This document shows positions 26,244 through 32,000 of a stretch of DNA of 32,000 bases, piece by piece (within the stretch, counting starts at the first letter, position 1; each line of letters begins with the position of its first letter). The DNA lies in NCBI GenBank assembly GCA_027460535.1, contig JAPZAR010000011.1:90001-122000 (forward strand), read 5' to 3'. The translations under genes were made by a program, and so were the position numbers. The notes under the pieces are model-generated. The model saw nothing but the letters and a program-made list of their open reading frames with translations. It ran no database searches and had not been told where the DNA came from. Origin of the DNA: Candidatus Methanoperedens sp. Its GTDB lineage: Archaea; Halobacteriota; Methanosarcinia; Methanosarcinales; Methanoperedenaceae.

Positions 26244-26588
26244 TTGAACGAGGAAAATCGCATCAAGATCTACACAGATGAGAATGTGAATGTGGCAATC
26301 GTTGACGGTCTCAGGCGCCGGGGTGTGGAAGCGTGGTCTGCCATAGATAAAAAAAAGCTCGGGCTCAGCGATGAAGAACAATTGAAATATGCTTTAGAGG
26401 AAAGGGCAACAATATTTACCCATGACGATGATTTCCTCAGCATGGCTGCTGAATCTGGAATGGAACACTACGGGATAATATATGTTCACCAGCAGCATCT
26501 ATCAGTCGGGGAGTGCATTCGCAGGCTGAAAGCAATAGTGGAAACCATGTCCCCTGAAGAAATGCACAACCGCATATTGTTCCTGTGA
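26244..26588 (+). CDS. DUF5615/PIN-like putative toxin partner of DUF433
   Basis: 114 aa. IKIYTDENVNVAIVDGLRRRG...IFTHDDDF has acidic residues arranged as in PIN-like or Mut7-C-like nucleases. Apparent TTG start 6 nt after the upstream stop. Confidence 0.7.
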   Translation: MNEENRIKIYTDENVNVAIVDGLRRRGVEAWSAIDKKKLGLSDEEQLKYALEERATIFTHDDDFLSMAAESGMEHYGIIYVHQQHLSVGECIRRLKAIVETMSPEEMHNRILFL

Positions 26589-26590
26589 AC

Positions 26591-28051
26591 CTATCCCTTT
26601 GCCACTCCCATCGGCATGAGCTTTACGACCTTACGTGCAATGCCCAGTTGGTGAACCACATCCACCACATCTTCGCTGGGCTTATACACGGCGGGGGCTT
26701 CCTCAGCTATCACTGATGGCTCTGTCGCTCTTACAGATATGCCCCTCGCCGCCAGTTCCTGCTGTACGGTCTCGCCCCGGAACATCCGCAACGCCGCCGA
26801 CCGGCTTGAGACCCTTCCTGCACCGTGGCATGCGCTCCCGAACGTGAGTTCCATCGCTTTCTGCGTCCCGTGAAGCACGAACGATGGCGTGCCCATGCTG
26901 CCTGGAATGAGTACAGGCTGACCTATTTTTCTGTAAACCAGCGGAACCTCTGGATGGTCGGGGGGGAAAGCCCTGGTGGCTCCTTTCCTGTGCACATACA
27001 CCATCTTTTTTTCACCGTTTATGATATGTTCCTCAAGCTTCGCAACATTATGCGCCACGTCATAGATAAGTCTCATTTCAAGATCGTCTCGCCTGAAGAA
27101 CCTTGTAAACGCCTCCCTTACCCAGTGGGTGATGACCTGCCTGTTAGCCCATGCATAATTTGCCGCTGATGCCATTGCCTTGAAATAGTTCTGGCCTTCA
27201 GTTGATTCGGCAGGGGCACATGCAAGCTGCCTGTCGGGGAGGATTATACCATACTTGCGGGTAGCCTTTTCAAGGATCTTGAGGTAATCGTCGCATATCT
27301 GGTGACCCGCACCCCGCGAGCCACAGTGTACCATCACGGTGACCTGTCCTTTATGGAGACCCAATACCTTCGCTACCTCTTCGTCATACACTTCATCAAC
27401 GCATTGGACCTCAAGGAAATGGTTGCCGCTGCCCAGTGTCCCGAACTGGGGCTTGCCCCTCTTTCGCGCTTTCTCGCTCACTTTCGATGGGTCTGCCATC
27501 TTCAGGAAACCATTCTCCTCGCAATGTTCAATATCTTCCTTAACACCATACCCGCTTTCTACAGCCCATTTAGCGCCATGAAGAAAAGCATCGTCCAATT
27601 CTCTATCTGAGGCGCGGATCTTACTCTTGGAGCCCACACCCGAGGGGATCTCCTGGAAAAGTAGTTCAATCAATTCTTTCATCCTTGGTCGCACTTCATC
27701 TGCTGTGAGGTTCGTTCTGATTATCCGCACCCCGCAATTGATGTCGTATCCCACGCCTCCCGGGCTGATTATTCCTGTATCCCTGTCAAAAGCCGCAACT
27801 CCACCTATGGGGAATCCATAACCTGAATGCGCATCAGGCATTGCCATGGAATATTTCTGAATGCCGGGGAGCGTTGCCACGTTGGCTGTCTGCTCCAGGG
27901 TTTCATGCTCGAGGTTCTCGAGCAATTTCTGTGAGACGAATATCCGGCCTGGCACTCTCATGCCGGTTTTATAAGTCTGGGGTATATCCCATGTATAGTC
28001 ATTGACTTTCGTGAGGATGCTCGCTGCATCCTTTTTGGTTAAGTCTGGCAT
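26591..28051 (-). CDS. rtcB: RNA 3'-phosphate ligase RtcB (tRNA-splicing ligase)
   Basis: 486 aa. The metal/GMP-histidine motifs are present ([41 protein letters not shown]). No intein-sized insertion. Confidence 0.95.
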   Translation of the reverse strand: MPDLTKKDAASILTKVNDYTWDIPQTYKTGMRVPGRIFVSQKLLENLEHETLEQTANVATLPGIQKYSMAMPDAHSGYGFPIGGVAAFDRDTGIISPGGVGYDINCGVRIIRTNLTADEVRPRMKELIELLFQEIPSGVGSKSKIRASDRELDDAFLHGAKWAVESGYGVKEDIEHCEENGFLKMADPSKVSEKARKRGKPQFGTLGSGNHFLEVQCVDEVYDEEVAKVLGLHKGQVTVMVHCGSRGAGHQICDDYLKILEKATRKYGIILPDRQLACAPAESTEGQNYFKAMASAANYAWANRQVITHWVREAFTRFFRRDDLEMRLIYDVAHNVAKLEEHIINGEKKMVYVHRKGATRAFPPDHPEVPLVYRKIGQPVLIPGSMGTPSFVLHGTQKAMELTFGSACHGAGRVSSRSAALRMFRGETVQQELAARGISVRATEPSVIAEEAPAVYKPSEDVVDVVHQLGIARKVVKLMPMGVAKG

Positions 28052-28116
28052 GTTATCTCCCTGTTAATATTATTCTCAGATGGATATCTGGAGTCCAAAG
28101 TTATTGACTTTAACAG

Positions 28117-28419
28117 CTACCCAAAACCAATCTTTTTGATTTCTCCTGTAATCTCAACTATCCTCTCAAGCTCGGATTTGAAATTTGAATATCTTTCTGC
28201 TGCCGACCCTTTGGCCACCGCCCCCTGCGTGGATGGGGCGATCAGCCCCTGCTGCTCAAGAACACGAAGAGAATACCTTACCAGATGATCAGGTATGCCT
28301 GTTTCCAGTGAAAGTTTCATTATCCCGATCGGGCCGCTATCATTTACTTTTTTTAGCACTATGACGTGCCTTTTCAATAATTCAAGTTCGTGCTGGACTC
28401 TTCCTGTAAGCATAACCAT
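28117..28419 (-). CDS. Winged-helix DNA-binding protein (putative transcriptional regulator)
   Basis: 100 aa. PIGIMKLSLETGIPDHLVRYSLRVLEQQGLI looks like an HTH recognition helix plus wing. Confidence 0.5.
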   Translation of the reverse strand: MVMLTGRVQHELELLKRHVIVLKKVNDSGPIGIMKLSLETGIPDHLVRYSLRVLEQQGLIAPSTQGAVAKGSAAERYSNFKSELERIVEITGEIKKIGFG

Positions 28420-28504
28420 TTAGAGTTGTATCTATGTACATATCTAATTTAGCATTTGGGTCTGAAAAAGGATTCACCATGGACTCATCCTTCAGGAACA
28501 AAAC

Positions 28505-28535
28505 TGAAAAAAATAGACCACCAATTTGATGGTCT
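28505..28535 (-). terminator. Hairpin plus T7 tract downstream of the small basic-protein gene
   Basis: The minus strand reads AGACCA-tcaaattgg-TGGTCT, a 6-bp stem at 28515-28520/28530-28535. It is followed by TATTTTTTT (T7 = 28507-28513) and starts 10 nt after the TAA at 28545-28547. Confidence 0.45.
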
Positions 28536-28544
28536 AAAAGAAGA

Positions 28545-28721
28545 TTAAGCTTTTACGAGAGCTTTAGGTGAACGCGCTATCTTCCTGCGCTTTGCGCCCG
28601 CAGAAGTGTAACGCTGATTCGGGCCAGGGCGTTTGTGGGTGAGCTCGGATTCCGGCACCAGTATGATCTGTCCTTTCCGGTGCTTTATCCTGCCCCATTT
28701 CGTTGTGCCTGTTTTTCCCAT
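28545..28721 (-). CDS. Small highly basic protein (58 aa), unannotated by the ORF track
   Basis: Hand translation: MGKTGTTKWGRIKHRKGQIILVPESELTHKRPGPNQRYTSAGAKRRKIARSPKALVKA. A GGAGG sequence lies 7 nt upstream of the ATG, and a hairpin plus oligo-T follows the stop. Confidence 0.55.
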   Translation of the reverse strand: MGKTGTTKWGRIKHRKGQIILVPESELTHKRPGPNQRYTSAGAKRRKIARSPKALVKA

Positions 28722-28880
28722 GTGATTTCCTCCAGTGATTTGTCTGGCTTCTCAATAATTCCAGTTATTCATAAACCTTTCCCCGTTTCAACCCTTTTCT
28801 TTATCATATACATCTGCACTTTCTTGGCTCTTGCCAAAAACATTTTCCATGACGAATTGCATGCCACCCTGGAATAAGGG

Positions 28881-29174
28881 CTATATTTGAGACAGCGTTT
28901 TCAAAAGTGGATGGCCGTATTCCTGCTTCCTGAAAACACTTTTTTCTGCATTTTTATGATTCAGGCTTGAGTGAGCTTTTGCTTTTCTTAAGTCCTCTAT
29001 CCGCGTTATGATGCTTCTGGCTTTTGTGGAATAGTATTCTTCTTCGCATTCGCAGCATTTCACGTATGGTTGAAATCCCTGATGGACGAATACATGAAAA
29101 TAGAAATTTTTTATATCTCTGTTTCCGCATACCTCACATGGTATGAATTCCTGGAGCACTTCTCGCACTTTCAT
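28881..29174 (-). CDS. Cys-rich hypothetical protein (putative zinc ribbon)
   Basis: 97 aa with CEVCGN ... CCECEEEY cysteine pairs. I recognise no family. Confidence 0.4.
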   Translation of the reverse strand: MKVREVLQEFIPCEVCGNRDIKNFYFHVFVHQGFQPYVKCCECEEEYYSTKARSIITRIEDLRKAKAHSSLNHKNAEKSVFRKQEYGHPLLKTLSQI

Positions 29175-29513
29175 GTCAACTCCTCAATAAGTGAAGTGTA
29201 ATTTCAAGTATATATATTTTATTAATATGTTAATATATGTAAATATTAATACTCATTATTATTATAATGTTTTCTGCAATCCAGATTGGCGGCAATGGCT
29301 GTAACGAATCTAATTAATTTCAGTTTTCAGTGCTCTTTAACTCGATATTGTTCTTGAAAAACATTGCAATTTCGGTTACTCGATCATAAATTAGATATCG
29401 TTAAGGACAAGCTAAAGCTTTTTATGATAGGGTGATTATGATATACTCAAAGACCATAACAAGAATAAAGAATAGGATTATAATAAACAAATAGTAATAT
29501 AAAAATAATTTTT
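29175..29513. promoter_or_regulatory. Long, very AT-rich divergent intergenic region
   Basis: 339 bp between divergent genes. It contains multiple TATA-like runs, the inverted repeat ATTAATAT/ATATTAAT (29221-29228 / 29243-29250), and three copies of TTATGATA (29422, 29436, 29512). Confidence 0.35.
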
Positions 29514-30209
29514 ATGATACGCCAGCGATTCGTTTTGGATACCAGTGCGCTTACCGATACACAGACAAGGGAACTTGAGGGCGGCACACTCTGCGTTGCC
29601 ATGGGGGGTATCCTGGACATTATAGCAGAGGCACGGCTGCACCTGGGGATAAGCTGCTATATCCCTTTTCCTTCGGTGTACAACGAGTTGAGGGATTTTT
29701 CCAGGAACAACGGCTGTGGTGATGAAACCCTGGCAAAGATAGACACGTGGCTTGTGAAAAAAACCCCTGACAGGTATGAAGTGAAAATCCCTTCAAAGAT
29801 ATTCTATGACTATGTGGATTTCATGCGCGGGCGTATCAACAAAGGTATGGACGTAGCCGAGGAAGCGATATGGGAAGGGGCTACAGAGTGCCTTTTCCGC
29901 ACGACCAAAGCCCGCACAAAGCATGAGATCGAGCCGGAGATAGAGCGCAATGTCATTGGCGAGATAATAAACAAATTCAGGGATAAATACAGGAACGCAC
30001 TGCGCTATGGTATCCTTGACAGCGCTCCTGATATTGATGTGCTCCTTCTTGCCAAAGAGCTTGATGCTGCTGTTGTGGCAAGCGATGTAGGGATCCAGAA
30101 ATGGGCAGAGCAGCTCGGCCTTCGTTTCGTGAACGCAAAATCCTTTCCCGCGATGATAAAGGAATACCTGAAACGCACTAAACCCGAAAAAGTGGCAAGC
30201 ATGATCTAA
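29514..30209 (+). CDS. PIN-like protein of the UPF0278 / HARP family (RNA-free, protein-only RNase P homolog)
   Basis: 231 aa. The N-terminus is [11 protein letters not shown]. The C-terminus [33 protein letters not shown] is PIN-like. The length and layout match Aquifex Aq_880 homologs known in Methanosarcina and Haloferax. Confidence 0.7.
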   Translation: MIRQRFVLDTSALTDTQTRELEGGTLCVAMGGILDIIAEARLHLGISCYIPFPSVYNELRDFSRNNGCGDETLAKIDTWLVKKTPDRYEVKIPSKIFYDYVDFMRGRINKGMDVAEEAIWEGATECLFRTTKARTKHEIEPEIERNVIGEIINKFRDKYRNALRYGILDSAPDIDVLLLAKELDAAVVASDVGIQKWAEQLGLRFVNAKSFPAMIKEYLKRTKPEKVASMI

Positions 30210-30210
30210 T

Positions 30211-30519
30211 ATGTCCATCTTCGTATACATCACAGCCTTCGTGTTTTGTGTGATCATCTTCCTAACCCTCAGGGATATCCGCATCTTCCACCGCACCAGG
30301 ATCGAATCGTACAGGAAAGGTGCCCTGCGCGGCATGACCGCGGGCGCTCTCGCGCTCATTGGCATGGGTGTGACGGCCGCCAATCCCGAAAATCCTTCCA
30401 TCGGCATGACAATAACACTCGTTGCGATATATATCAACTGGAAAGGAAAGCGAGAGGAAGTGTTCGGGGACGCGCCGATGGTTAAGAGATTTTTGGGCGA
30501 GACAAAGGTGAGGAAGTAG
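30211..30519 (+). CDS. Small membrane protein, hypothetical
   Basis: 102 aa with about 3 hydrophobic helices. It starts 1 nt after the upstream stop. Confidence 0.45.
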   Translation: MSIFVYITAFVFCVIIFLTLRDIRIFHRTRIESYRKGALRGMTAGALALIGMGVTAANPENPSIGMTITLVAIYINWKGKREEVFGDAPMVKRFLGETKVRK

Positions 30520-30566
30520 CGATAGATTTCGAATATGATTTAAACTCAATATCCAATTCTGCCATT

Positions 30567-31046
30567 ATGAGAGGTAATTGGCTACTACTATTCGTTTCAG
30601 CTGCAACGTTAGTTCTGCCTGGGGCAGCCACCCACTGGTACACCTACGAGGAGGGCATCCTCGCCGCCGGAACAGGCAACAAACCTATCATCATGGATTT
30701 CTATGCCGATTGGTGCGGGCCCTGCATAGCCATGGAGGAGGGGACGTATCCTGATCCGCGCGTTGTGAGGGAGATGGCTGATTTCATAGCGATCAAGGTG
30801 GATACCCAGAAAAGGATCGATATCGAAACAAAGTATGGCATTGCCTATTATCCCACGGTGGTCTTCCTGGATCCAAAGGGTAAAGAGGTGGGAAGGCATA
30901 TCGGCTATCTTGGGCCTGAGGAAATGATAGAAGAGATAAGAAAATCCCGAGGCAAATTGCCGAAGGAAACCTCCGGGTTTGAAATACCGGATTTAATATT
31001 GGCGATAATTCCATTACTTGTTATAAAAAAGATAGCTATCAGGTGA
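30567..31046 (+). CDS. Secreted thioredoxin-fold protein with C-terminal membrane-anchor / sorting-like tail
   Basis: Signal-like N-terminus MRGNWLLLFVSAATLVLPGAA. Active site is DFYADWCGPC. C-terminus is SGFEIPDLILAIIPLLVIKKIAIR. Confidence 0.8.
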   Translation: MRGNWLLLFVSAATLVLPGAATHWYTYEEGILAAGTGNKPIIMDFYADWCGPCIAMEEGTYPDPRVVREMADFIAIKVDTQKRIDIETKYGIAYYPTVVFLDPKGKEVGRHIGYLGPEEMIEEIRKSRGKLPKETSGFEIPDLILAIIPLLVIKKIAIR

Positions 31047-32000
31047 ATTTCTTCATATTTTTCACCATTGAAACCACAAGCGAAGGCACATCGATCAGTT
31101 TCTCAGCCTCGATCACCTCTTGCGGTTTGGCTGCAGTGGATGGGTACTCCGGCACCGCCATGCAGCATGTCGCGGGCTTTGTTGAGGGCTCAAAAGTCCC
31201 AATTTTGCGCGCTATATCCGTTATCTCAAGTTTATCAAGCCCAATGAGTGGATGATATATCGGGTATTCCATGCCATACATCTCAGCAAGCATGTTCAGC
31301 GAGGTCTGGGATGCCACCTGGCCAAGCGATGAGCCCGTGATTATCCCGTGCGCCTCTTCGAGCTTCAGGACCTCGGATGCGATCCTGTACATCATCCGCC
31401 TGCACAATACGCAGTTGAGCCTGTTGTCACAGTTATTCAGGAAAGCAAGGAGATTCTCTCCATGCGGGGCTTCATATATTGTGAGTTTCTTCTGGGGGGA
31501 CCATTTCTGGAGAACATCAATGCATTGCATCGCCCTTTCGCGCGTGGTTTCGTCTGAAAAAGGCTGGTTATTGAGGTACAGCGGTACTATCTCGCAACCT
31601 CTTTTCATCATCATCCAGGCAGCCACAGGCGAGTCTATGCCTCCCGAGATGAGGGCAACCATCTTTCCCTGGGTGCCCATGGGTAGTCCCCCGACGCCTT
31701 TCACCGATCCCGTAAAAACATAGGCTATTTTCTGCCTCACTTCTACGAAGATCTCTGCATCTGGATTATCAAGATCGACCCTGGTATTCCTGTCCACCTT
31801 CTGGAATACCGCATCCCCGCAGGCAATGGCTATATCCCTCGAGGTAAAATCGTGGTTCCCCGCCCGCCGCGACCTTATAGCGAAGGACTGGCCTTCCTGT
31901 ATCATACCGGCTGCAACCTCTGCCGCGAGTTTCGCCGCGGATTCCAGGGTTGGTTCGCATGTATGAGCAGGGCTTGCAGAGACAACGCCAAATACCTTTG
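31039..32000 (-). CDS. thiI: tRNA 4-thiouridine / thiazole sulfur-transfer protein ThiI (N-terminus outside window)
   Basis: THUMP-like region (FAIRSRRAGNHDFTSRDI) and PP-loop LISGGIDSPVAAW. The frame stays open upstream of the track's Met (31905) to the window edge (…KVFGVVSASPAHTCEPTLESAAKLAAEVAAG-MIQEG). Confidence 0.85.
   Translation of the reverse strand, partial: KVFGVVSASPAHTCEPTLESAAKLAAEVAAGMIQEGQSFAIRSRRAGNHDFTSRDIAIACGDAVFQKVDRNTRVDLDNPDAEIFVEVRQKIAYVFTGSVKGVGGLPMGTQGKMVALISGGIDSPVAAWMMMKRGCEIVPLYLNNQPFSDETTRERAMQCIDVLQKWSPQKKLTIYEAPHGENLLAFLNNCDNRLNCVLCRRMMYRIASEVLKLEEAHGIITGSSLGQVASQTSLNMLAEMYGMEYPIYHPLIGLDKLEITDIARKIGTFEPSTKPATCCMAVPEYPSTAAKPQEVIEAEKLIDVPSLVVSMVKNMKKFT

Noticed and set aside
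28564-28755. 63-aa minus-strand ORF from the track
   Set aside because: It has no RBS and an implausible His/Arg/Trp-rich composition. A different frame (28545-28721) has a GGAGG RBS and a terminator, and I prefer that frame.
29793-30437. 214-aa minus-strand ORF
   Set aside because: It is antisense to the HARP-like gene and the following membrane-protein gene, spanning their junction. It has no motifs.

Overview
Archaeal chromosomal segment. The gene content fits a Methanosarcinales-type methanogen or ANME: SepRS, archaeal GHMP-type shikimate kinase, fused ThiDN, LSm-L37e, RpoL-Csl4, RtcB, geranylgeranyl reductase and a HARP-like protein-only RNase P. Coding density is high, with about 45 genes. 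Most are housekeeping genes in tightly coupled operons: aroC-sepS-aroK-chorismate mutase; LSm-rpl37e-purF; GTPase-DUF2073-Zn-ribbon; and MTase-like/METTL5-like/csl4/rpoL. I recognised no rRNA, tRNA, CRISPR array, transposase or integrase. The stand-out is a 6.6-kb, six-gene, translationally coupled operon on the minus strand (13840-20461). Every product starts with an archaeal class III (type IV prepilin-like) signal. Two products are very large (554 and about 595 aa), with globular or Ig-like extracellular parts and very dense N-glycosylation sequons. No assembly ATPase, platform protein or prepilin peptidase lies in the window. It looks like an orphan minor-pilin or tip-adhesin type module of unassigned function. 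Other items: a solitary Doc toxin; a DUF433/DUF5615-like toxin-antitoxin pair; a palindromic MITE/REP-like element; two short genes missed by the ORF track (rpl37e and a 58-aa basic protein); Csl4 with a charged, repeat-encoded N-terminal extension; and a secreted thioredoxin with a PGF-CTERM-like tail. All family calls come from motif recognition by eye. No searches or computations were run.
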